This document shows positions 52,050 through 62,668 of a stretch of 64,000 nucleotides of DNA, one piece after another. A program made the translations under genes and the position numbers. The stretch is taken from positions 224,001 through 288,000 of the forward strand of contig CBDCTA010000022.1 of assembly GCA_965221955.1 (NCBI GenBank). Direction: 5' to 3'. The notes beneath the pieces are model-generated. The model did not search any database. It saw only the letters and a program-made list of their open reading frames with translations, and was not told the origin of the DNA. Origin of the DNA: Gammaproteobacteria bacterium. GTDB lineage: Bacteria; Pseudomonadota; Gammaproteobacteria; UBA4575. How positions within the stretch are numbered: the first letter of the stretch is position 1; the number at the start of each line of letters is the position of its first letter.

Positions 52050-53127
52050 ATCTGTTAACGCTTTTAATCTTGCGTTTTTAGACGTCATGTTTTGTGGTTT
52101 TGGTGCAGTGATTTTATTCTTTATGATTATTAACGCTAACACCAGCGAAAGAAGAGATCGAATTAATTATGAAGTCACTGGTGAAGTTAGTAAGCTGGAT
52201 GAAGAGGTAATTGATGCAAATAAATTATTAGTAGAATTGAAAAACTCCCTGCAAGAAGTAGATACGGAGTTGATTGAAACACAAGGCAAATCGCATGAAA
52301 TTATTGAAAGCATCAAGAAAAACAAACTACAGCTTGCCAGGCTAGACAAAGAAACACTCGCAAAACTCAAAAATATTGCTGAATTAAAAGCTGATCTAAA
52401 ATCACTGGAAGAAGCCAATCAACGATTAGAAGGGGGAGCTCAGAAAGAATTAGAAGGCGATCGACTGAGACAATTTGCCGGTCAAGGTCAACGCCAGTAC
52501 TTAACTGGTCTGAAGATGGGAGGCGAAAGAATACTGATTCTTGTAGATACTTCTGCCAGCATGTTAGCGGATAGGATTATAAACGTGCTGCGCTTTCGCA
52601 ATTTACCTGCGAATGAACGGGTGCGTGCCGCTAAATGGCAACAAGTACTTTATACAGTAGATTGGATTACTACACGTATTCCGACTTCGAGCAGTTTCCA
52701 AATCTACAGATTTAATGAAGGGGTTACTCCTACCTATAAAGTAGAAGGCACGGCATGGCTAGATGGTGGAAATGCTAAGCACTTAAACACTGCTGTGCAG
52801 AATATGTTTCAAACCGCGCCAGAGAAAGGCACTAACCTTTATAAAGCTTTCGAAAGTATAGAACAGCTTTCGCCACCTCCTGATAATATCTATTTGCTCA
52901 CGGATGGTTTACCTACTAAAGGTGCTTCTGCAAGTTTTGGTAACACAGTCAGTGCCAAACAACGTAAAAAACTATATTCCAAAGCCTTACAAAAATTACC
53001 TGGTGGAATACCGGTAAATATTATTCTATTTCATATGGAAGGTGACCCGATGGCTGCAAGCGAATTTTGGAAACTCGCGCAAAATACTAATGGTGCTTTT
53101 TTTAGTCCTTCTAGAGATTGGCCTTAA
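52039..53127 (+). CDS. ExbD-like TM + coiled coil + VWA protein
   Basis: MKRR..FNLAFLDVMFCGFGAVILFF; MIDAS DTSASM, LLTDGLP. Confidence 0.85.
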   Translation: MKRRSVNAFNLAFLDVMFCGFGAVILFFMIINANTSERRDRINYEVTGEVSKLDEEVIDANKLLVELKNSLQEVDTELIETQGKSHEIIESIKKNKLQLARLDKETLAKLKNIAELKADLKSLEEANQRLEGGAQKELEGDRLRQFAGQGQRQYLTGLKMGGERILILVDTSASMLADRIINVLRFRNLPANERVRAAKWQQVLYTVDWITTRIPTSSSFQIYRFNEGVTPTYKVEGTAWLDGGNAKHLNTAVQNMFQTAPEKGTNLYKAFESIEQLSPPPDNIYLLTDGLPTKGASASFGNTVSAKQRKKLYSKALQKLPGGIPVNIILFHMEGDPMAASEFWKLAQNTNGAFFSPSRDWP

Positions 53128-53143
53128 TATAGCTTGTTAAGTA

Positions 53144-54151
53144 ATGAAACGACGTCGAAATATAGAAATTTTTAGTCTCTCATTTTTAGACTGTGTGTGT
53201 TGTGGGTTTGGCGCACTTATTTTATTACTCGTACTTTCTAAAACGGCTGAACCAGTCATCTTCGAAGAATATACACAAAGTTTAGAAAACATTGTTGCGA
53301 AACTACAAGAAGAGTTATTTGAGATAAGAGGTGAAACGCATATCTTAAATCGCGAATTGGTTAGTAAGAAGCAACAGGTTTCTGAAGAAATTGAAAAGAT
53401 CGCAGTACTGCAAAACGATTTATCTTCCATATTAGGACAATTTGCTGCTTCAAAAGATACTTCAAGTGTGCAAAATAAAATCGAGCAACAGCTCGCTTCC
53501 GCCAAACAAGATTTAAGTGAAGAAATGAGGCGTTTACAAGAACAACAACGATTACCCAGAACTGAATTGGACAATACCGTTGGTGGAATTCCTGTAGATA
53601 GTGAATATATTATTTTTATTATTGATACATCCGGCAGTATGTTTAACCATGGCTGGAGTTCTGTCATACAAAAACTTTCAGAAGTGCTAGATATCTACCC
53701 TAAAGTAAAAGGCATTCAAGTAATGAATGATATGGGTGAATATATGTTTACCCAATATACGGGTAAGTGGATTCCCGACACACCGGCTAGACGTAAGGCA
53801 ATAATCAAACGTATGCGCAAGTGGCAAGCATTCAGTAACAGTAGTCCAGTAGAGGGCATCACTGCTGCAATTAACACCTTCTACTCAAAAAATAAAAAAA
53901 TCAGTTTATATGTGTTTGGTGATGAATTTACTGGACCATCCATTCAGTCTGTCTTACGTGAAGTAAGCCGATTAAATCCAAAAAACAGTAAAGGTAAACG
54001 TCGTGTGCGCATCCATGCTGTAGGCTTTCCAATTCAGTTCAGTCGTCCTGATGATGAGCAAGGCACAGGGGTACGATTTGCAACCTTAATGCGTGCCTTA
54101 TGTGAACAAAACGGTGGCACTTTCGTTGGCCTCAACTCGCATACGCGATAA
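53144..54151 (+). CDS. Second ExbD-like TM + coiled coil + VWA protein
   Basis: MKRRR..FSLSFLDCVCCGFGALILLL; MIDAS IIDTSGSM, VFGDE, IHAVGF. Confidence 0.85.
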   Translation: MKRRRNIEIFSLSFLDCVCCGFGALILLLVLSKTAEPVIFEEYTQSLENIVAKLQEELFEIRGETHILNRELVSKKQQVSEEIEKIAVLQNDLSSILGQFAASKDTSSVQNKIEQQLASAKQDLSEEMRRLQEQQRLPRTELDNTVGGIPVDSEYIIFIIDTSGSMFNHGWSSVIQKLSEVLDIYPKVKGIQVMNDMGEYMFTQYTGKWIPDTPARRKAIIKRMRKWQAFSNSSPVEGITAAINTFYSKNKKISLYVFGDEFTGPSIQSVLREVSRLNPKNSKGKRRVRIHAVGFPIQFSRPDDEQGTGVRFATLMRALCEQNGGTFVGLNSHTR

Positions 54152-54366
54152 TTAATATCCTCTATTTAAGCCGCTGATTGGCATGATTAATACCCCTTGC
54201 CTAGTAGTCTGTAAAAAGTTATCGCATACTGTGCTTAACTAACTGAATAAGATAGACTTTTAAATAAATCTTTAACCCGTGCACATATATACATCTAGCG
54301 CACTTTGTCGCGAGAAAACTACCGCTTATGGCTTCGATATAGGCCTACATCTTTAAGGAGCTCAAA

Positions 54367-54936
54367 ATGTCATTCTCTAATTTACATACAACATCCAAAT
54401 ACTGTTTTTTGAAGGATTTATTTAAGTACGTCTTAATATCGATTACTTACTGCTTAGTGTTAAACGCATGTGGAGGTAATAAAGAAGAAACGCCAGTCGA
54501 AAAAAAGGAAGTTACAGAAACTGTCGTTCCTGAAAGTACTAAAGCCACTTCAAATGATATTGCTACTGAAGTTCAAATGAATCGAGAAAAATGGATGTCG
54601 CATGAAATTAGTGGTTACCAAATAGAGATGCAGAAAATCTGTTATTGCGTACCGGAAGTGGTTCGTATGATGGTTTTTGAGGTGGAAGGTGACGAGGTCA
54701 CTGCAGTTCGTTATGCAGATACAGGTGAAGATGTTGATCCACAACACTATGGTGACTTTAATACTATTGAAGGAATGTTTTCGTTTGTAGAAAAAGCGAT
54801 AGAAAAAGATCCGGCCGACCTATCCATCGCTTACGATGAAAAATATGGTTATATCAAAGAATTAAGTATCGACTTTAAAGAAAACATTGCTGACGACGAG
54901 ATTTCGATCATTGCCTCCAATATGAGGCCGAATTAA
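54367..54936 (+). CDS. Hypothetical lipoprotein
   Basis: Lipobox LNAC; ICYC, TIEGMF, YDEKYGY, ADDE. Confidence 0.75.
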   Translation: MSFSNLHTTSKYCFLKDLFKYVLISITYCLVLNACGGNKEETPVEKKEVTETVVPESTKATSNDIATEVQMNREKWMSHEISGYQIEMQKICYCVPEVVRMMVFEVEGDEVTAVRYADTGEDVDPQHYGDFNTIEGMFSFVEKAIEKDPADLSIAYDEKYGYIKELSIDFKENIADDEISIIASNMRPN

Positions 54937-54961
54937 CAATACAACTGAGTTGGACTTGTGT

Positions 54962-56989
54962 ATGAAAAGAATTTTTTTGTATTTCACTTTTATATCTTTA
55001 TTTACTTTCACATGTTCAGCTTTTTCAAATCAAACGCTGCCTGTTGTAATTAATGGAGAAAGCTACCAAGTAGAATACTGGACCAGCTACTTTGCTAAAG
55101 AGCTAGACATTAATTACATGGATAGTGATGTTACTGATAAAATAGACATTCAATTTTATCGCGGAAAAATTGTTGGGCACCCTGATTCTTTAGTAACACT
55201 TTCTAAATTTAAAGATTCCTTAAAAGGTATGGCCTTTTTCTACGGTGAATACTTTGAGATTGATGGCTCTATGTCCAGTATGGAGAATCAATCTAACACT
55301 GCCATGCAAAGTGCAAAAGTTGAGCTAGCGGACCTAGCAGATAAAGCTGCACGTGAAATGTGTCCCATACACACGAAAGAACATCATGATATGGAAATGG
55401 CTGCTAGAGCAACTATGTCTGTAAATACCGGTGGTGCACCACCCGTAGCTTTTGCTGTCGGTACAGTGAACCTTGTAGCAGATGTTGCCTTAGCTTTAGA
55501 CCCTGAATATGTACTCGTTCATGGTGGGGAGACCAACGCTGTAGTCAAAGCCCTACAAACTCTTGATACTGCAGACATGCTCTATCGGCAATCTAAACCT
55601 GCGATGGGTGCAGGTGGATTAGGTGTTGCATTGAATAATGTAAATATCAATGTCTACACTAATGCGTTACCGTTTAATGTTGCAGACATAATTGATCCTA
55701 ACCCCAATCTTGCGAACGGCAATCGACCAGAAATTGACGCATCGGCTTATCTAGACAGAATTCGACTAAATGTCACTGCGCTATTTGGCAACGCACGAAC
55801 GGTTGGTGCTATGTTTAGCGGCTATGACTTAGATGACACAATTGTTGGCGATGGCGTTGCTGGACTCGCTTATCTAACAAGTACCTGTAGTAACTTTGGT
55901 GTAAGTGTAGAAGAGGGTTGGGGTACCGATGCAGAGTCAACCATCATTGCTGCACATGAAATCGCACACAACTTTGGTTCTTGTCATGATGGTGACGGCA
56001 TACTCGATGCCGCAAATAATATTTGTCCAATTTCCTCTGTCGGTTGTGCTGCAAATGGTGGATACATTATGGGGCCTTTTGTGAATGCTGCAGCAACACA
56101 ATTTTCACAATGCTCCATTGCTAATATTGATTCACATATTGCTACACAGACTTGTTATAAAACGCCAATTGATATGCAAATTAGTCTGGCCTCTGCAGTA
56201 CCTGCTGTCGCAAATATGCTCAATCAAACGGGTTCTGCTGTACGCACCTTTAACGTCAGCAATATGTCTACAGAAATTTTGATAAATATTCCTATTTCTG
56301 GTTCTTTAGAAAATGTGAATGATCCAAACAACCCCAATACAGAATATACGACTGTTACCTTGCAAGGGAACAATTGCAACATTGCTGCGAATCGCCAATC
56401 TTATACTTGCACAATCGCGAATATCGGGGCCAATAATGCAGACGTACAAACCATAGTTGAGACGATAACGGCGACGGGTACCGGTCCTTTCAAAACTACG
56501 ACTGAATACAGAAACGTCGCTGCAGCACAGCAAGTTGATATTGAACCGCAAAATAGTATTGTCGAATTAACACAAACCATTAACGTGAATGCTCCAGTGG
56601 CCCCACCTGCGGCGCCAAGCAATGTGCAAGCTAGTCCACAAAATAATGGTGATATACGCGTGAGCTGGACAGACAACAGTAATAATGAAGCTGCATTTAG
56701 ACTTGAGCGAAGTGAAGACACGGTTGTGTATAACATCATTCAAAATAACCTTCCTGCAAACACCACAAGTTACACAGATAGTGGGCTTACTGAAGGGACT
56801 ACTTATACCTATCGAGTCTCTGCAATTAACGCAATGGGTGCAGTAGCTGCAGCAACAACACCAAGTGCGACTTCTTCAACCAGTGTTGCTACTGTTGGTG
56901 GAGATAGTGGTGGCGGAGGAGGCGGTGGTGGCTTCTATTTATTCACAGGTTTATTACTATTAGCGAGATTATTTAAACGCCCTTGCTAA
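54962..56989 (+). CDS. M12B/reprolysin-like zinc metalloprotease with FN3 domain and GlyGly-CTERM tail
   Basis: GVAGLAY, HEIAHNFGSCHD, Met-turn YIMGP, FSQCS; FN3 VSWTDNS..YTYRVSA; GGGGGGG + hydrophobic + basic tail. Confidence 0.9.
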   Translation: MKRIFLYFTFISLFTFTCSAFSNQTLPVVINGESYQVEYWTSYFAKELDINYMDSDVTDKIDIQFYRGKIVGHPDSLVTLSKFKDSLKGMAFFYGEYFEIDGSMSSMENQSNTAMQSAKVELADLADKAAREMCPIHTKEHHDMEMAARATMSVNTGGAPPVAFAVGTVNLVADVALALDPEYVLVHGGETNAVVKALQTLDTADMLYRQSKPAMGAGGLGVALNNVNINVYTNALPFNVADIIDPNPNLANGNRPEIDASAYLDRIRLNVTALFGNARTVGAMFSGYDLDDTIVGDGVAGLAYLTSTCSNFGVSVEEGWGTDAESTIIAAHEIAHNFGSCHDGDGILDAANNICPISSVGCAANGGYIMGPFVNAAATQFSQCSIANIDSHIATQTCYKTPIDMQISLASAVPAVANMLNQTGSAVRTFNVSNMSTEILINIPISGSLENVNDPNNPNTEYTTVTLQGNNCNIAANRQSYTCTIANIGANNADVQTIVETITATGTGPFKTTTEYRNVAAAQQVDIEPQNSIVELTQTINVNAPVAPPAAPSNVQASPQNNGDIRVSWTDNSNNEAAFRLERSEDTVVYNIIQNNLPANTTSYTDSGLTEGTTYTYRVSAINAMGAVAAATTPSATSSTSVATVGGDSGGGGGGGGFYLFTGLLLLARLFKRPC

Positions 56990-57109
56990 TTTATTATTAA
57001 CTCGAAGCATCTTTATTAACGGAGAAATATTTATATTTAGAAAATACATATAACTATTTACCTATTTATACCTCGTAGTATTTGTAGATTTTCTTTGAAA
57101 GGACTCAAT

Positions 57110-57337
57110 ATGAAATCGATCGCTATACTTATCTTTATATTCTTAACAAGTATTTGTTTTGCCTCTGAGAGTGAAGAACAAATAACACCCATCTTAGCTG
57201 AACCCATAGAAATCGTTTTAGTTTGCCCTAAAGGCAGTAAATACGAAGGCGAAGAACTGCCTAAATGGGTCACTACCGAAGAAGCTGCAGAATTCTTTTG
57301 TAACGACACCGTAGAAGAAACAGAAATTGCTGAATGA
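57110..57337 (+). CDS. Small secreted acidic protein
   Basis: AAGGA RBS, signal peptide, Cys pair in mature part. Confidence 0.65.
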   Translation: MKSIAILIFIFLTSICFASESEEQITPILAEPIEIVLVCPKGSKYEGEELPKWVTTEEAAEFFCNDTVEETEIAE

Positions 57338-57338
57338 T

Positions 57339-57401
57339 TGAGCATAGGGATATGCGAATAAGAGTCGCGTCTTGGATGACGCGAACAGCTTAAGGTTAGG
57401 T
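57339..57401 (+). repeat. Twin GGA-hairpin repeat, copy B
   Basis: GCATA-GGGA-TATGC, GAATAAGAGT linker, CGCGTC-TTGGAT-GACGCG; directly after a stop codon. Confidence 0.8.
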
Positions 57402-57453
57402 TATTTTAAAATTTCTGTTGGCCAATAGCGGTTATTCATTTGGATGGGAATAA

Positions 57454-57843
57454 TTAATCGAAATCCAAGCTCTCTAAAATTCTATCCAACTCATCAGATT
57501 GGCTATCTGCTTTGGTACTTTCAGCCCTTTGCCATGCGAGGGCTTCCTGGCGTTTTTGCTCAATGTAATTGTCATTACAAACGAGGATGTATTGTTTTAA
57601 TTCCTCTAATAAATTTGGAATATCATTTATATCTCTGACCCATGTCTCAACATACTTCCCTTCATCCGCATTTATTTTTGCATTATGTTTATTTTTGGAA
57701 AATATTAAATTGAGGTCTGCACACCAATCTTTAGGTGCGTTTTCATTTAGTTCAAAAATTACATCTACGTATTTTTTGCTCTTAAGATTTGGCTTACGAT
57801 TTGGGTCAAGCCCTTTTATCTTCAGATTACTGATATTACTCAA
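57454..57843 (-). CDS. Hypothetical protein
   Basis: 129-aa ORF with globular composition, TTG start. Confidence 0.65.
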   Translation of the reverse strand: MSNISNLKIKGLDPNRKPNLKSKKYVDVIFELNENAPKDWCADLNLIFSKNKHNAKINADEGKYVETWVRDINDIPNLLEELKQYILVCNDNYIEQKRQEALAWQRAESTKADSQSDELDRILESLDFD

Positions 57844-57881
57844 GATAATTCTCTAATACATGAGTATAAATTGAGTTTTAA

Positions 57882-58029
57882 TCATTTGCGCTTAATATCA
57901 ATTTTGGCAAAGTTCATTGTACAAAAATCTTTGAGATTGTCATATTTATGACCTTTGTAGAGATATACTGTTTTTTGCTGTGAAGTAATTCCCATATTTT
58001 TCCATGAGCTTATTTTCTTCTTCTGTCAT
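57882..58029 (-). pseudogene. Frameshifted small hypothetical gene
   Basis: AGGA RBS; MTEEENKLMEKYG, then after removing one G near 57992, ITSQQKTVYLYKGHKYDNLKD..NFAKIDIKRK*. Confidence 0.4.
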
Positions 58030-58109
58030 AAGATCCTGCCTATCAGCTTATAAATGATCTCGAGCGATATAACAAGATCGCTCGAGTAACCTTGGTCCAA
58101 CTCCTAGAA

Positions 58110-58375
58110 TTAAAATCGAGAAGAATTTCGTTGAGGCTTTTCATTTGATTCATTGACGCGAAGACTTCTATTGTCAATCATGTGGCCACTGAATTTCTTG
58201 ATGGCCTGTTGTCCCGCATCTTTTGTCATTTCAACAAACCCGAAGCCTTTAGATCGACCAGAATCTCTATCGGTAATGATTGTGGCACCTGCATGACTTC
58301 ACCCACTTCACTAAACAGTTTATTCAAATCAGCATCGGTAATGCTCCAAGGTAAGTTACCTACATATAGTTTCAT
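58110..58375 (-). pseudogene. RRM RNA-binding protein with frameshift
   Basis: RNP2 MKLYVGNLPW and RNP1 DRDSGRSKGFGFVEM..LRVNES lie in different frames; span 266 nt (3n+2); shift near 58290. Confidence 0.85.
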
Positions 58376-58647
58376 AATTTATGTCCTTGCTCGATGATTC
58401 GAGCTTTGTGTGCGCAATCCTGGTGTTCAATCTATTTGCACAAGTTTAAAGTGCTCTTCTGACACTGTGTCAGAAGAATCAAGTATTAGAAATGATTGCC
58501 GAAGACTGGCTGAGAAATGAAACTCTGGAAGAATATCGGGATAGGAATATCTAATCTAAGATCACCCTACGCTTTATTGAACAGAATAGCTATGTTTATT
58601 GTGAATGATGTGGCACCAGCAGGATCGAATAAGTATGGTAAACAACA

Positions 58648-58715
58648 CAAGCAATGTTCAAGCTAGTCCACAAAGTAATGGAGATATACGAGTGCGCTGG
58701 ACAGACAACAGTAAT
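58648..58715 (+). repeat. Decayed duplicate of the protease FN3 segment (56616-56683)
   Basis: 63/68 identical by manual alignment. Confidence 0.85.
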
Positions 58716-58826
58716 TAATGACTGCTTCAACCACCAGGGATGGTGGAAGCAATCATTTTATAAATCTGATTTGAAATTCCCAACCCGTTCATTCATTTTA
58801 GTTCAACTGGCTCTAATTTTAATCAA

Positions 58827-58873
58827 TTCGCATCATCCATGATGCGTCTCATATTCGTACATCCATGTACTCA
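58827..58873 (-). repeat. Twin GGA-hairpin repeat, copy C
   Basis: GTACA-TGGA-TGTAC, GAATATGAGA, CGCATC-ATGGAT-GATGCG; 37/47 identical to copy B. Confidence 0.78.
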
Positions 58874-58974
58874 CCTAAAATAAATCAGTGCGTTAGCTCT
58901 CTTTATGCAAAGCTTAATAGTTAACTATAAAATACTCATGATAATAATTATAAAACATACACTCAGGAGGAGTT

Positions 58975-59295
58975 ATGAAAAGACTATTATTTGTAGTGTT
59001 TTTTTTACTATTCGCAAATGGATGTGCTTCAAGAGCTAATCTTGAATGGAATTTAAGCTCATGGATTGGTCATGATGTAAACGGATTAGTTCACCACTGG
59101 GGAACACCCTCTGATATCAACAAACTTCCAAATGGTAATGTTATGTACTCATGGATGTTTAATGAAGGTTTAGCAAGTACGCCAATCGATGGCACGATCG
59201 GTACCCAATCAAAATTTTGTAAAATTTCTGTGGCAACTTCTACTGAACATTTAGTCCAATCGTGGCAATTAGAAGGTAATAACTGTAAAGCATAG
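58975..59295 (+). CDS. Hypothetical lipoprotein
   Basis: AGGAGAG RBS, lipobox ANGC, SWIG..WGTP, terminal Cys pair. Confidence 0.8.
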   Translation: MKRLLFVVFFLLFANGCASRANLEWNLSSWIGHDVNGLVHHWGTPSDINKLPNGNVMYSWMFNEGLASTPIDGTIGTQSKFCKISVATSTEHLVQSWQLEGNNCKA

Positions 59296-59321
59296 TGATA
59301 ATCATGAAATTACTTTCAGAG

Positions 59322-59597
59322 TCAGTGCTCAGAAATACATTGGTCATAAGTATCAATTAGTCCTTCTGTAAGCGAATAGAACTCTTTCATGTGTGTTCTT
59401 TGATTATATTGCTCCCAACTCTTTTGGCTTTCCCAAAGCTGGTCAAAGAAAAATACCAGCTTGTTATCTAAAGAAGGATGTAAATCACATTGAACACAAC
59501 CATTCGCTTTGCGAGTAATTGCAATAATTGAACGTAATGCTTTTTCCAGTGCATCTTTGTGATGGGGCTTGGCTTGGTATTTAATTATCAGCTTCAT
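59322..59597 (-). CDS. ABM domain protein (putative quinol monooxygenase)
   Basis: AKP..K.ALE.AL, TRKANGCVQCDLH, WES, THMKEF. Confidence 0.8.
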   Translation of the reverse strand: MKLIIKYQAKPHHKDALEKALRSIIAITRKANGCVQCDLHPSLDNKLVFFFDQLWESQKSWEQYNQRTHMKEFYSLTEGLIDTYDQCISEH

Positions 59598-59729
59598 ATA
59601 ACCACTATACTTAAAGTGTTGACTATACTAATTATAAACACTTCTTATTATTTTGATTAAAAAATTCAAGCGCAAAACTGCTGAATTCCCTTTTGTGATT
59701 CTTATAATTAACTCAAAAAAGGAGGGTGT

Positions 59730-59807
59730 ATGTACGACTTGATTTATCTTATTTTTCTTGCCGTTGCGATTCTTGTTATTTGGAGCAACTCAAGTAAAGT
59801 CGACTGA
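59730..59807 (+). CDS. Unannotated 25-aa single-TM peptide
   Basis: AAGGAGG 4 nt upstream of ATG; MYDLIYLIFLAVAILVIWSNSSKVD*. Confidence 0.45.
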   Translation: MYDLIYLIFLAVAILVIWSNSSKVD

Positions 59808-59937
59808 ATATCTACATTCAGTTTTATTTAAAAATCTACAGATACTTAGTGCTTAACTAAAAGTTAAAATGAGGAAGCAAGGTTAACAGCGTTCAGACTT
59901 AGAGAATGAGAGAGTTGTTGGAGAGAGAGGTTCACTA

Positions 59938-60022
59938 TCTGGTAATTCCGCTGTCATAGAATCCTTGCTTCCTTAGACCGGTAATTTTGCGCCCCTAGCT
60001 TTCACTAGGTTTGCCCTTTTCA
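59938..60022 (-). ncRNA. c-di-GMP-I (GEMM) riboswitch
   Basis: GGGCAAACC-TAGT-GAAA-GCTAGGGGCGCAAAATTACCGGTCTAAGG...TATGACAGCGGAATTACCAG matches the GEMM architecture. Confidence 0.92.
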
Positions 60023-60060
60023 GTAGCAGTATTACTCCTCAGTAATCAACTAACAGGAAC

Positions 60061-60103
60061 AGTGTAATAATTTAATCAGCTGATTTACTTGAGATCACTC
60101 ACA
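60061..60103 (-). promoter_or_regulatory. CRP-like site with a -10 box at class II spacing, upstream of the riboswitch
   Basis: TGTGA-GTGATC-TCAAG (60103-60088); TACACT (60066-60061) at -12..-7 for a -41.5 centre. Confidence 0.5.
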
Positions 60104-60231
60104 CTTTCTCTTTCATACCGCTCATTCGAGCACCAGTTAATTCTCTAATTTTCAATAGCTTAAATACTATCAGCCGTTAACGGTGTGATATGCCCGATAG
60201 ATGACGTAGTACTCGATGCGGATAATTTATG

Positions 60232-60277
60232 ATCGATAAATACGATTATTACTATGAATACAATGAAATTTACTAAT
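60232..60277. promoter_or_regulatory. Putative OxyR operator upstream of katG
   Basis: ATCG-N7-CGAT dyad; TTACTATGA and AATGAAATTTACT shared with the region upstream of oxyR. Confidence 0.5.
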
Positions 60278-60342
60278 GATCTGTATTACGCAATGATTCT
60301 CCTACACATGAAAAGTTTATTACACATCACTTAATTAGCTAA

Positions 60343-62568
<2,226 letters not shown>

Positions 62569-62610
62569 AGCTTTTATAAAACCTAAACGTTAATTAAGTA
62601 AGCAAGTCAA

Positions 62611-62657
62611 AATTATGCGTCGAGTTTAAATTCAATAAATTTACTCGACGCGTAATT
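62611..62657 (+). terminator. Long hairpin after katG
   Basis: AATTATGCGTCGAGT...ACTCGACGCGTAATT; no strong U-tract. Confidence 0.55.
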
Positions 62658-62668
62658 GAATAATCAAA

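Noticed and set aside
49873-54151. Zorya defence system or standard Tol-Pal/Ton operon
   Set aside because: No long ZorA tail, OmpA-domain ZorB, helicase or nuclease; no TolA/TolB/Pal/TonB
56906-56932. GGN triplet run as a contingency repeat
   Set aside because: Mixed codons encoding the GlyGly-CTERM linker
58182-58397. 71-aa + strand ORF
   Set aside because: Antisense shadow of the RRM pseudogene
58654-58842. 62-aa + strand ORF
   Set aside because: Off-frame reading of the duplicated FN3 fragment and repeat copy C
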